DNA of 64,000 bases, from positions 132,468 through 196,467 of the forward strand of contig DATBIB010000125.1 of NCBI GenBank assembly GCA_036557205.1. Reading direction: 5' to 3'. The position numbers and the translations under genes are program-made. This DNA comes from Ktedonobacterales bacterium. GTDB lineage: Bacteria; Chloroflexota; Ktedonobacteria; Ktedonobacterales; JADMIN01. Shown piece by piece: positions 48,373-57,813 of this stretch (within the stretch, counting starts at the first letter, position 1; the number at the start of each line of letters is the position of its first letter). The notes beneath the pieces are model-generated. The model worked only from the letters and a program-made list of their open reading frames with translations, did not search any database and was not told where the DNA came from.

Positions 48373-48781
48373 TCCATTGGACGTTTTGTCAGGCACTTGA
48401 AAGCAATCAGTATTGAGTCCGTATGTGCCGAATGGCACATAACGTGCAGGTTCGATTGTAGCGCCGTGGTTAGCCGACGTTGCGCGCACCGCAAGACACG
48501 AGCGCTCTCAGCCATCATCGCTTGTTCAATGAGCTGATAGATTTGCATTGACGCCACGAACTCAAGAACAGGCGGGCATGTGAGGAAGGCGCCTCAACGA
48601 GTGGCAAGGACGCCGCGTCGATGCCACCGCGCGCTTCGAGCAGGGCCATTCCGCTGAATTGGGTTTCACGCAAGGAAGCTCTCATTGCGATACAGTGGCA
48701 AGCGTCTTGCATACTCTCGCAATTAGATAATCGGGCGGTTGATATGCCCGTCGCGAAGAAGCATAAGCAGGGAGAGACGCG

Positions 48782-50557
48782 ATGAGCGCCAAGGATGAAG
48801 AGCGTCGGCGCACCACATCCGACGCTTCTGGCTCGCTAGAGGCCTCAGAAAGCCGCAATGAGCCGAACGGCAATGCCGAGGACGTTGAGCCGGGAATGGT
48901 CGTCGAGACCCGCGAAGGAGACCTGGGCGAGTCCGATGTCAGCACCGCCAAAGTAAAAGATGTCGAGCGCGACGCGGCTGGTGATGTTACGAACGTCGTC
49001 GTCGAAAAAGGTGTCGTTTTCAGGAAAACGCTCGAAGTTCCACCTGAACGTATCGAGGCCGTTGAAGACAGTAATGGCAACAGCAGTACAACCGAGCCAT
49101 TGACGACCGCTGGCGGCAGCGAGGAGAAGGGGCCATCTAACAAGCCCGACGTTGGGACGGTCATCCTCGACACGACTGGGCAGGAGATCAGAGACCTTTC
49201 GGCAACCGGTACCGAGACACTGAATTCCCGCCAACCGCGAGATGCGAAAGGTGATGATCGGGGCGGGCGCGAGACGGGCACATCCGGTGATTCCCCCACC
49301 AAAGGCGGCGCTGCCTCTACGAGTGTCGAGCCGGGTGACTACGTGCGCACGCTTGGTCCGGGCGTCTTGAGCGGCATGGCTGGGAATGACTCGTCGGCGG
49401 TCACCTCCTATTCCATCAATGGCGCTACCAATGGCTATGGCCAGCTCTGGCTGATCCTGCTGGCGACGCCGCTTTACCAGGCGGTGCAATATGCCTGCGC
49501 CAAAATCGGGCGAGTCACCCAGAAGGGGTTAGCTGACCTTCTGCGGGAGCACTACGGACGAAAGATTGCCATACCTGCCTCGCTGATTCTGGTGGTCGCC
49601 AATACCGCTTTGATTGCCGCCGACCTGGTTGCCATCGGCGCCGGCATTCAGTTACTGACAGGAATCGCCTGGGAATGGTTTGTGGTCCCGGTGGCTGTCG
49701 GCTTATGGTACCTGATCGTCTATCAGAGCTTTGGCATCATCAAGAAGATATTTCTGGCCATGAGCCTGGTCTTCGTCGCCTACCTGATTACCGGCGTGGT
49801 CTCTGGCGCGCATTGGGGTGAGGTATTGCAGGCAACGTTTATTCCGCATATCTCGCTGGGGCTTGCGAGCATCAGCAGCGCCGTCGCGCTGTTAGGAGCT
49901 ACCGTCTCTCCATACACGATGTATTGGCAGGTGCAGGGCGAAAAAGAACAGAAGCGCCCAGGCACGCGCAAACAGCAGTTCAGGCTGGCGGCGCTTGACA
50001 TCGCCGTCGGAACAATCGCCGGCAATCTCGTGGCGTACGCCATCATCGTCTGCACGGCAGCGACGCTCTTCACCCACCGCAAAGAGATACAGACCGCCGC
50101 CGACGCCGCGGCTGCCCTGGCGCCCTTACTCGGCCCATATGCCGAACAGCTCTTTGCGATAGGCTTCATCGGCTCAGGGATGATTGCTATTCCTGTCTTG
50201 CTGGCCAGTACGTCATATGGCTTATCGGGCCTTTTTGGCTGGTCGGCAAGCCTCTGGAAGAAGCCGTGGCAGAGCGAAGGCTTCTACCTGATCATGACGG
50301 GAGCGTTGTTGGTCAGCCTGATCGTTGCGCTGTTGCGCTTTGATCCAATTCAGCTCATGTTCTGGGCAAATGTCTTACAGGGCATTCTCTCGCCTGTGCT
50401 GATCGTTTTCCTGATCCTTGTCGGCAATAATCGCAAGATCATGCGCTCATATCGTCTCAGCCCCATCACCAACGTCTGCCTCGCTCTGACCGCGCTGGTG
50501 ATGGCCTCTGCAACGATACTCCTGTTCTACGGCTTGCTCAGCGGTGCGGGCGCATAA
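48782..50557 (+). CDS. NRAMP family divalent metal cation transporter with a roughly 190-aa acidic N-terminal extension
   Basis: The core begins GPGVLSGMAGNDSSAVTSYSINGATNGYGQLWLILLATPLYQAVQYACAKIG, with 11-12 TM helices. The N-terminus holds VEPGMVVETREGDLGE..AKVKDVERDAAGDVTNVVVEKGVVFRKTLEVPPERIEAV, which looks like a PRC-barrel/DUF2171-type module. Confidence 0.85.
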   Translation: MSAKDEERRRTTSDASGSLEASESRNEPNGNAEDVEPGMVVETREGDLGESDVSTAKVKDVERDAAGDVTNVVVEKGVVFRKTLEVPPERIEAVEDSNGNSSTTEPLTTAGGSEEKGPSNKPDVGTVILDTTGQEIRDLSATGTETLNSRQPRDAKGDDRGGRETGTSGDSPTKGGAASTSVEPGDYVRTLGPGVLSGMAGNDSSAVTSYSINGATNGYGQLWLILLATPLYQAVQYACAKIGRVTQKGLADLLREHYGRKIAIPASLILVVANTALIAADLVAIGAGIQLLTGIAWEWFVVPVAVGLWYLIVYQSFGIIKKIFLAMSLVFVAYLITGVVSGAHWGEVLQATFIPHISLGLASISSAVALLGATVSPYTMYWQVQGEKEQKRPGTRKQQFRLAALDIAVGTIAGNLVAYAIIVCTAATLFTHRKEIQTAADAAAALAPLLGPYAEQLFAIGFIGSGMIAIPVLLASTSYGLSGLFGWSASLWKKPWQSEGFYLIMTGALLVSLIVALLRFDPIQLMFWANVLQGILSPVLIVFLILVGNNRKIMRSYRLSPITNVCLALTALVMASATILLFYGLLSGAGA

Positions 50558-50572
50558 CGGCGCCTCTGTAAC

Positions 50573-51439
50573 TCAGTCTGGCTCAGGCTCAGGCTTTTTG
50601 TCGGGCTGATTCGCCAGGTAGCGATAGAGCGTCGTGGCGACGATTGCGCCGACTACGGGGGCGAGGAGGTAGCATAGCACGTAATCTCCCCACTTGACTG
50701 GAACACCCAGTAGGGCATCGAGCAGGTCGGGGCCAAAGGCTCGCGCCGGGTTGACCGGAGCGCCGGTGATCGACTCGAAAAGCATCACGATGGCGAAGAG
50801 CGCCATGCCAATGGCAAACGCCGCCCAGCCACTCGGCGAACGTGGGTCTTCAGCGGTGGCGCTGATCGTCAACACGAGAACGAACGCGCCGAGCGCCTCC
50901 ACCAGCATCCCCTGCCAAACGCTCACACCAGGCGCGAGCTGCACCGCGCCGAGGTGGCCAATCGTCAGGGCATCGTGACCGATAGTGGGCAAGATTGCCG
51001 CCGCGCCAAGGGTTGCTCCTACGACCTGCGCCGCAAGATAGATGGGTACCTCATTTCGAGGGAAGCGTCGGCGAATCGCCAGGCCAATTGTCACCGCCGG
51101 ATTGATCAGGACGCCCGAGATCTTGCCAATGATCATGATAATCATGAATAGCGAGAAGCCATCGACGAATGCGAGAAACGCGATGCTTTGCGGCGATGGC
51201 GCGGCCTGAGCGGAGCCTGCGATGACTCTCAGTGAGGCCGACGCGCCGCCATGAAAGAGCACCAGAAGAAAAGTGCCCAGCAGCTCGGCGAGGAATCGCT
51301 GCATCTGCGTCGTCGATGGCTCAGCACTCGTCGGCTGGGCGGATGGTGGTTGCTGCCCCGACGCCTTCGGATCCGGCCGCCATGAAGGCTTCCTCGCCCG
51401 TTGGTCGCGCTTCCTGGATTGAGCGTTCCTTGAACTCAT
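50573..51439 (-). CDS. MIP/aquaporin family channel
   Basis: Two NPA boxes (LINPAVTIGLA and VNPARAFGP) and six TM helices. There is a basic, low-complexity N-terminal extension of about 50 aa. Confidence 0.9.
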   Translation of the reverse strand: MSSRNAQSRKRDQRARKPSWRPDPKASGQQPPSAQPTSAEPSTTQMQRFLAELLGTFLLVLFHGGASASLRVIAGSAQAAPSPQSIAFLAFVDGFSLFMIIMIIGKISGVLINPAVTIGLAIRRRFPRNEVPIYLAAQVVGATLGAAAILPTIGHDALTIGHLGAVQLAPGVSVWQGMLVEALGAFVLVLTISATAEDPRSPSGWAAFAIGMALFAIVMLFESITGAPVNPARAFGPDLLDALLGVPVKWGDYVLCYLLAPVVGAIVATTLYRYLANQPDKKPEPEPD

Positions 51440-51765
51440 CGAACTCGCGCGCTTCCTCTATCTGAAGTGACACGAACACTTCCGACGTAGCACCACCATG
51501 TAAAGATTACACGATTTGTCCGACATTGCTCTGGCATACGCAAATTGCGAGCCATCCAACATAAGCAGCCTAACCTCTCACGGCAATCGTGCTTCCAGAC
51601 CTGCTTTTTCCAGATACCTGCGTGGTATAATCCTAGTTGGCTAGTCGGAATTACGCCGCCTCTGGACTGACAGGGTCGGCAGACCATACCTCACAGGCCA
51701 ATGGCGGCTGTCTCGATGCTGGGCGAGCCGCGGGCGTTCGTGAGGATGCTGCTGGGAGAAGACGC

Positions 51766-52803
51766 ATGGCAGTTGAGATAACTGCGGACATGATTATTCA
51801 CGACGTGGTCTCACAATATCCGCAGACCGTGAAGGTTTTCCAGGGGCATGGACTGCCCTGCACCGCCTGCCAGATTGGCGCGCGGGAGAGCGTCGCGGGT
51901 GGCGCGCGCACCCATCGCCTGAATGTCGAGGCGTTGCTGAGCGACCTGAACCGTGTGGCAAACGGCCAGGAGGCCGAGGGCATCAAACCCGCAACCAAGG
52001 CTCCGGTTGGCCGCGGTATACCACTACAGGTGATGGGCCAGCCCCAGGATAGCAAGATTCGCCATATCGTCGCGGTGATGAGCGGCAAGGGCGGTGTAGG
52101 CAAGTCGCTGGTGACGGGGCTACTCGCCGTCGCGCTGCAGCGCCAGGGGCTGAAGGTTGGCGTGCTCGACGGCGATATCACCGGCCCGAGTATCGCCAAG
52201 GAGTTCGGCGTGCGCGGGCAACCACGCAAGACCGACGCGGGCATCGAGCCGCTACGGTCAGTTGGCGGCATCAAGATCATGTCGATGAACATGTTCCTGC
52301 CCGACTCGACCGATCCGGTTGTCTGGCGCGGCCCGATGGTCTCTAGCGCCATCCGCCAGTTCTACAGCGATGCTGACTGGGGCAATCTTGATTTCTTGCT
52401 GGTGGACCTGCCGCCAGGCACGTCCGACGCTCCAATGACGGTGATGCAGTCGCTGCCGGTGGATGGCGTTATCATCGTCTCCTCGCCCCAGATGCTGGCG
52501 ACCGAGATTGTGGTCAAATGCATCAAGATGGTGCAGACGCTCAAGGGGCGCATTCTTGGCGTCGTCGAGAACATGGCCTATCTCACGATGCCCGATGGCA
52601 GCCGCAACGAACTCTTCGGCCCCAGCAACGGCGCCGATCTCGTGTACCTGACCGGCGCGCCGCTGCTGGCGCAGATCCCAATCGATCCAGAGATTGCGAT
52701 GCTCTGCGACGGCGGCAAGATCGAGGACTACAACAGCGAGTCGTTCGATACGCTGGCCGAAAACTTCGTGAAATCTCTGAAGGTTCCTGCCAAGCGCGCC
52801 TGA
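51766..52803 (+). CDS. Mrp/NBP35/ApbC family Fe-S cluster carrier ATPase with an N-terminal DUF1858-like domain
   Basis: The deviant Walker A is VMSGKGGVGKS. LLVDLPPGTSDA and VENMAY are also present. The N-terminus ITADMIIHDVVSQYPQTVKVFQGHGLPCTACQIGARESV resembles the hybrid-cluster-associated redox disulfide domain. ATG at 51766. Confidence 0.88.
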   Translation: MAVEITADMIIHDVVSQYPQTVKVFQGHGLPCTACQIGARESVAGGARTHRLNVEALLSDLNRVANGQEAEGIKPATKAPVGRGIPLQVMGQPQDSKIRHIVAVMSGKGGVGKSLVTGLLAVALQRQGLKVGVLDGDITGPSIAKEFGVRGQPRKTDAGIEPLRSVGGIKIMSMNMFLPDSTDPVVWRGPMVSSAIRQFYSDADWGNLDFLLVDLPPGTSDAPMTVMQSLPVDGVIIVSSPQMLATEIVVKCIKMVQTLKGRILGVVENMAYLTMPDGSRNELFGPSNGADLVYLTGAPLLAQIPIDPEIAMLCDGGKIEDYNSESFDTLAENFVKSLKVPAKRA

Positions 52804-52882
52804 ACGTCGTCAGCCAGAATTGCCCTGGCTCCCCTGGTTGAGAGATCACCAGGGGGGCTATTTTTGTCTCAGGGGTGGATGG

Positions 52883-54004
52883 CTACGACGCGCCGCCGAT
52901 GAAGAAGCTCCACGTCCACCAGGTGAGCAGCGCCACCGTCGCGGTGAGCGTGAGCAATTGCGCGACCAGCGCGGCGCGGCTGGCCTGTGGCGCGGGGCGC
53001 GGGTGGCCCGTCTTCTGCGCCTGCGCGAGCACCAGCGCTACCTGCTCAACCGACACGGCGTGCTCCGAAAGGCGCGACTCACGCTCGTCGGCGGCAGTGA
53101 CGGCGCGCACATAGAGCGGGTCGTCGCGCATCCACTGGAAGCTGTCTGGCTGGGTGAAATACCAGAGCACATACGGCTCGTTGCGCTCAAAGGCCTCGGT
53201 CAACAGCGCAAACGCACGCTCTTTCCCCCCGGCGGTCGCCTCGCGCTCGGCCTCCTCCACCAGCGCAAAGGCCTGCAATGCGCGTACATGGCGCGGCGCT
53301 TTCCGCAGGGCCTCGAATGCCTGCGCGGCAGCCTCCGTGCGCTTGAGGGCGCGTTCAGCGCGACAGAGTATCGCCAGACAGGCGACATAGTGCTCGCGCC
53401 GGGCAAGCGGCAGCAGCGCCTGCACATCGGTAAAGCCTGCCAGCGCCAGCGCCTCTGCCTCGGCAGGCAGGCCGCGCGCCAGCATCGCGCCTGCCAGCGC
53501 CGCGTTGGCGCTCACCGAGCGTTCGCGGGAGAGCGCTTGCGCCAGCCGGGCAGCCGCTGAGACCTCAGCATAGCGATTCAAGGCGAGGAGCGTCGCGGCG
53601 CAGTTGCCGAGCGTCTCAGGGTCCGCCGAGATCGTGACCGCCTCTAGCGCCGCGTTGAGGGCTTCATCGGGCTGCCCCAGCATCCAGAGCGCCGTCGTAT
53701 AGCGGTTGAGCCAGACCAGGCGGCGTGTTCCGGTCCATGCTCCAGCACCCTGCACTGCCAGGGCGCGCTGGCACCGCACACGCGCCGCCTCATAGTCGCC
53801 ACGCCGCATGTCAGCGTCGGCGCGCACGGCGGGCGAAAGCACGCGCGCCACCCGCAGCCCGGCGAACCAGACGACGACCCCCAGCAGCGGCAGGCCGTAC
53901 CACGACTGCGCAAGTCGTACCGAGATGATGATTGGCAGCGCCACGACCAGAAGCCACGAGATGGCGAGACCAATCGTGAAGATGCGGCTGCGGTCACCCG
54001 ACAC
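52883..54004 (-). CDS. membrane-anchored TPR-like repeat protein
   Basis: Two N-terminal TM helices and one C-terminal TM. The Ala/Leu-rich helical repeats include YEAARVRCQRALAV and RYAEVSAAARLAQAL. The family assignment is weak. Confidence 0.55.
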   Translation of the reverse strand: MSGDRSRIFTIGLAISWLLVVALPIIISVRLAQSWYGLPLLGVVVWFAGLRVARVLSPAVRADADMRRGDYEAARVRCQRALAVQGAGAWTGTRRLVWLNRYTTALWMLGQPDEALNAALEAVTISADPETLGNCAATLLALNRYAEVSAAARLAQALSRERSVSANAALAGAMLARGLPAEAEALALAGFTDVQALLPLARREHYVACLAILCRAERALKRTEAAAQAFEALRKAPRHVRALQAFALVEEAEREATAGGKERAFALLTEAFERNEPYVLWYFTQPDSFQWMRDDPLYVRAVTAADERESRLSEHAVSVEQVALVLAQAQKTGHPRPAPQASRAALVAQLLTLTATVALLTWWTWSFFIGGAS

Positions 54005-54054
54005 TCGTGGTGTCCCCCTCTATCACATCAACAGCACAAGCCCAGATGACGCGG

Positions 54055-55416
54055 CTAGCGCGTCGCGATGGGAGCCGAATCCGAGTCCGTGTGGCGCAAC
54101 GCCAGGCCGCCTTCTCCATCGGCTGATGGTGGCGATGCTGGTTGCCGGTGAGGCCGCCGCAGGATAGCGCGCAGCGTCGCGTACAGCAAAAGCAGATTAC
54201 GCGCCGCAATCACCGGCATAAACTGCCAGCTGAACGGCGAGTCCCAGATAGGCGCGCGCAGGCCGTAGACGATGGGAAAGTCCAGCGTCGTCAAGGCGCC
54301 GATGGCCACCCAGACCAGACTGAACCCCTCCACCGCGGCGACGATTGGCAGCACCCAGATGATGTACTGCGGGCTGAAGATCTTGTTGGTCACCATCACC
54401 GCGCAGAGACAGGCCAGCACCGCCTGACCCACCGTCAGCCGACGGCGCATCTGTCCCCAGTAGACCACGAGACACCCTGCGACCAGCGCCACCGCTGAGA
54501 GCGGCTTGAGAGCCACATCGAGCGGTCCCACCATATTGAGTGAGACGAACGAGAACTCGGGATGCGCGGGAATGCCGACAAGCGTACCAAGCCAGAGGAG
54601 CGTCGCCGGGGTCGATTCGATTTGGAGCGGGCGGTCGCTGGCATAGGTGAAGCCGGAGAGCGCCGCACTGCCAGCCAAAGCAATCGCCGCGGCAAAGACC
54701 AGCGCGACCACGCCCACGCAGAGCGCCGCCCCCGACGTGACGGCGCGCACCACCGGATCGCGCCTCACGAAGCCAACGAGCGCCCGTACCCCGTCACGCC
54801 AGCGTATGGTCGTCGGATGGGCGGCCCGGACGGCCTGCCAGTGCGCAATCATCACGATGGGCAGCAGGAAAGCGGGGTACAACTTGAGCAAGATTCCCCC
54901 CGCCAGCAGCAGATAGGCCAGCACAAAGCGCTTGCGTTCGGTGGCCCAGAGGGCGGCCAGCGTGATGAGCGCGGGGATGATGTCGAAGCGCGCCGTCAGG
55001 ACGGCGTTTGACCCGACCAGCAGGTAGAGCAGGTAGATCAGGCCGCGCCTGCGCGTTGAGAAGCGGAGGAAGCCCGCATACCCTACCACAACGACGGCGG
55101 CCATCCAGAGCGAGAAGACGGTCTGGATATCCTTCAATGGGGGTAGCAGCGTCAGCGAGAACGGGATAATCGCCAGCGGCGGATACTCGACCGGAAGCTG
55201 GTGGAGCGGTGGTCGGCCGAGCCAGAAGGCCTGCGCGTAGGTGTTGTACTCGATTACGTCGCCTGAGGTGAGCTTCCAGTGGGTGACGGCATACATGCGG
55301 CCAGCGACGACAAGGGCATAGACAGCGGCCAATTCAGCGATCCGGGAGACGACGCGCCAAAAACGTGGCGACGGGCGTCTCTGTGCGCGCCGCGAGTGTG
55401 CGCGTGATCCGGACAC
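54055..55416 (-). CDS. polytopic membrane glycosyltransferase-like protein (DUF2029/GT87-like)
   Basis: 453 aa with at least 10 TM helices. The N-terminal loop carries YPPLAI, as in DUF2029 mannosyltransferase-like proteins. This assignment is from memory of the family. Confidence 0.55.
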   Translation of the reverse strand: MSGSRAHSRRAQRRPSPRFWRVVSRIAELAAVYALVVAGRMYAVTHWKLTSGDVIEYNTYAQAFWLGRPPLHQLPVEYPPLAIIPFSLTLLPPLKDIQTVFSLWMAAVVVVGYAGFLRFSTRRRGLIYLLYLLVGSNAVLTARFDIIPALITLAALWATERKRFVLAYLLLAGGILLKLYPAFLLPIVMIAHWQAVRAAHPTTIRWRDGVRALVGFVRRDPVVRAVTSGAALCVGVVALVFAAAIALAGSAALSGFTYASDRPLQIESTPATLLWLGTLVGIPAHPEFSFVSLNMVGPLDVALKPLSAVALVAGCLVVYWGQMRRRLTVGQAVLACLCAVMVTNKIFSPQYIIWVLPIVAAVEGFSLVWVAIGALTTLDFPIVYGLRAPIWDSPFSWQFMPVIAARNLLLLYATLRAILRRPHRQPASPPSADGEGGLALRHTDSDSAPIATR

Positions 55417-55610
55417 GATGTCTAACCCTCCATGATTGTCGTCTTCATTCGCCAGCGCATTCTGGCAGCTATACCGCTTCCGATGCGCGTCGCCTTGTAT
55501 CGTACCACGGAGCGCCTGATCGCGACGAACAGACCACTGGATATGCGGACCGGATATGCGGATCGCCTATCCAGTTGACCGCGATTTCGTCAGGCGGGTA
55601 TGCTTCAGGC

Positions 55611-56435
55611 ATGCGCATCAGCTTCTCGACCGCTACCTTCTATTCATGCAGCCTCGCCTACAGCTTGCGGCTCGCGCGCGACGCGGGTTTCGATGGGGTT
55701 GAGCTGGCGCTGGGCGTTGGTTATCAACTGCGCGGCCCGCAGCCCTATCTGCGCGCGATACACGCCATCGGCACGCCGGTGCTCAGTGTGCATCCACCGT
55801 TCCTGCGGCTGCGGGTGCTGGGTTGGCCACTCGCCGTGACGCGGCGCATGACCAACCTGACCACCGCGGCTCACCTTGTCGACGCCCCACTCTGTGTTTC
55901 GCACGTGCCAAGCCTGCGCAGCATGAACTCTCGCCGTGCCGCCATCTTCGAGCGCGCGATAGCGCTGGGGTACGAAGCCGTGCCGGGGAATGTCACGATT
56001 ACCCTCGAAAGCACCCAATACGGCGGAACGTCGAGGCGCCTGCTGGACGACATCGCCACGCTGGTCGAATACGCTGGCGAGCACAACTGCGGCGTGACCC
56101 TCGATACCTGCCACGTCGGCGCGAATGGCGAGGATTTGTTGGCGGTCTACGAGGTGGTGCGACCCTTGCTCAAAAACGTGCATCTCAGCGACGCCCGCCA
56201 CATTGGTGGCCAGCATGTGCGGACGCATATCATGCCTGGGGAGGGCGAGCTGCCGCTCAGAGAGCTGCTGGCGACGATGGCGCGCGATGGCTACGACGGC
56301 CTTATCACGCTGGAGCTGCACCCACGCGAGGTCGGCTTCATCGGCAGAAAGCGCAACCTGGAACGGCTGCGCACGGCGCGCGAGTTCGTTCAGTCGGCGA
56401 TTGGGGCTGAAGCGGCATCGGTCTCCGAGCGATAG
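55611..56435 (+). CDS. sugar phosphate isomerase/epimerase (xylose isomerase-like TIM barrel)
   Basis: MRISFSTATFYSCSLAYSLRLARDAGFDGVELAL..., VTLDTCHVG and ITLELHP are typical AP_endonuc_2/TIM-barrel signatures. ATG at 55611. Confidence 0.85.
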   Translation: MRISFSTATFYSCSLAYSLRLARDAGFDGVELALGVGYQLRGPQPYLRAIHAIGTPVLSVHPPFLRLRVLGWPLAVTRRMTNLTTAAHLVDAPLCVSHVPSLRSMNSRRAAIFERAIALGYEAVPGNVTITLESTQYGGTSRRLLDDIATLVEYAGEHNCGVTLDTCHVGANGEDLLAVYEVVRPLLKNVHLSDARHIGGQHVRTHIMPGEGELPLRELLATMARDGYDGLITLELHPREVGFIGRKRNLERLRTAREFVQSAIGAEAASVSER

Positions 56436-56439
56436 CGGG

Positions 56440-57525
56440 CTACGCCTCCCCCTCAGCTAGTATGCGCGCCGGATGCGTATAGATGTTCATGGAGGCACCA
56501 CGTAAGAAGGCGACGAGCGTCACGCCGGTTTCGCGCGCCAGATCCACCGCCAGGCTGGACGGAGCGGAGACGGCGGCCACCAGGGGAATGCCAGCCGCGA
56601 CCACCTTCTGCACGATCTCGAACGAGAGCCTGCCACTGACCAGTAGCATCACATGCTCCAGCGGCAGCGCATGATCGAGCAGCGCGCGCCCAATCAGCTT
56701 ATCAACCGCATTGTGGCGGCCCACGTCCTCGCGCAGGGCAACCAACGCGCCATTGGACTCAAAGAGTCCGGCGGCATGCAGACCGCCCGTCGACGAGAAG
56801 ACACGTTGCCCGGCGCGCAACTGGTCGGGCAGAGTGGAGAGAGCGCTGGCGGTGGTCAGCGGGGTGAAGGCGGCAAGCGGTGGGAAGGCGGCACAGACCG
56901 CCGCGATGCTATTGCGTCCGCAGACGCCGCAACTGGCGTTCACGGCAAAGGCGCGAGAGACGCCTCCGGCGCGCAAGCGCTCCGCGATCTCCGCCTCGGG
57001 CGCTGGGGTAAGATCGAGCAGGTTTGGCGAGGGAAGGCCGTCCGCGTCATGCCCGGGGGAGAGGGCACGCAGCTCATCGGCGCTGGTGAGCAATCCTTCA
57101 CTATAGAGAAAGCCGACCGCCAGCTCCTCGTCGGCTCCAGGCGTGCGCATGATAACCGCAATGGTCTCGGTCACAGACGGATTCTCGTCGACTCGCAGCC
57201 GAATCTCCAGCGGCTCCTCAACCGCCAGCTCATCCTCCGCTGCCGTTGTGACGCCAGCGCGCCAGCGGACCAGGCTCGTCGTCGTCTGACGGAGCGGATC
57301 GGCCTGGGAACGGCGGGGCAACGGCATGGGGTCTGTCTCAACCGATGAATCCATATTGTTCGCCATGGGTGCGCTTTCTCGCGTCTGCGTGTGTGACTCT
57401 ATCCCTGACTCATCCATCTTCATCTCTGCTCTTCTCTCTCTTCCAGTATACGCCACGAGACATCCGAGCTCAGCGCCTCGCACGAGCAGATTGCGCACAA
57501 CAGTAGCGCAATAGTGGCGCAACAC
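56440..57525 (-). CDS. fdhD: formate dehydrogenase accessory sulfurtransferase FdhD
   Basis: ASCGVCG, EDVGRHNAVDKLIG and SGRLSFEIVQKVVAAGIPLVAAVSAPSSLAV are FdhD signatures. The true start is probably an internal Met (around 57370-57420). Confidence 0.88.
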   Translation of the reverse strand: MLRHYCATVVRNLLVRGAELGCLVAYTGRERRAEMKMDESGIESHTQTRESAPMANNMDSSVETDPMPLPRRSQADPLRQTTTSLVRWRAGVTTAAEDELAVEEPLEIRLRVDENPSVTETIAVIMRTPGADEELAVGFLYSEGLLTSADELRALSPGHDADGLPSPNLLDLTPAPEAEIAERLRAGGVSRAFAVNASCGVCGRNSIAAVCAAFPPLAAFTPLTTASALSTLPDQLRAGQRVFSSTGGLHAAGLFESNGALVALREDVGRHNAVDKLIGRALLDHALPLEHVMLLVSGRLSFEIVQKVVAAGIPLVAAVSAPSSLAVDLARETGVTLVAFLRGASMNIYTHPARILAEGEA

Positions 57526-57544
57526 GCCGGGTTCATGCTATGGT

Positions 57545-57592
57545 GCGAGCAATGGGATGAGCAATGGTACGAGCAATGGCGCGAGCAGCGGC
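57545..57592. repeat. tandem 12-nt repeat, 4 units (GCGAGCAATGGG / ATGAGCAATGGT / ACGAGCAATGGC / GCGAGCAGCGGC)
   Basis: Read directly from the sequence, in the intergenic region between divergent fdhD and ORF 57814..58482. Confidence 0.85.
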
Positions 57593-57813
57593 GAATGGGA
57601 GCGCCCTGACCTGTCGGGACCGGTATCGACCGGCATGCCGTCACTGTTGATTTCTGTTTGCTTTCTGCCCGCTTGTCGGCTTTCTACGGCTGTGAGACAA
57701 TGCGTAACAGAATCGAAGCAGAATCCAATCGGTCACAGGCCCGGTGCGCGGGACGGCATGCTGCGCAACGGCGCATCGATATCAAAAATCGTATCAAGCA
57801 AGTGAGGGATCGC

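Noticed and set aside
48327-48557. 76-aa minus-strand ORF (MASMQIYQLIEQAMMAESARVLR...) in the gap upstream of the NRAMP gene
   Set aside because: I saw no convincing RBS. Codon bias is mixed and unlike neighbouring genes. Its 3' end overlaps the plus-strand terminator hairpin at 48333-48372. I cannot exclude a small foreign gene, but support is insufficient.
48540-48781. Possible Mn2+ (yybP-ykoY) or other metal riboswitch upstream of the NRAMP transporter
   Set aside because: I could not find the conserved yybP-ykoY core segments or a convincing four-way junction by eye. Only GGGAGAGAC next to the start codon is present, and that is better explained as the RBS.
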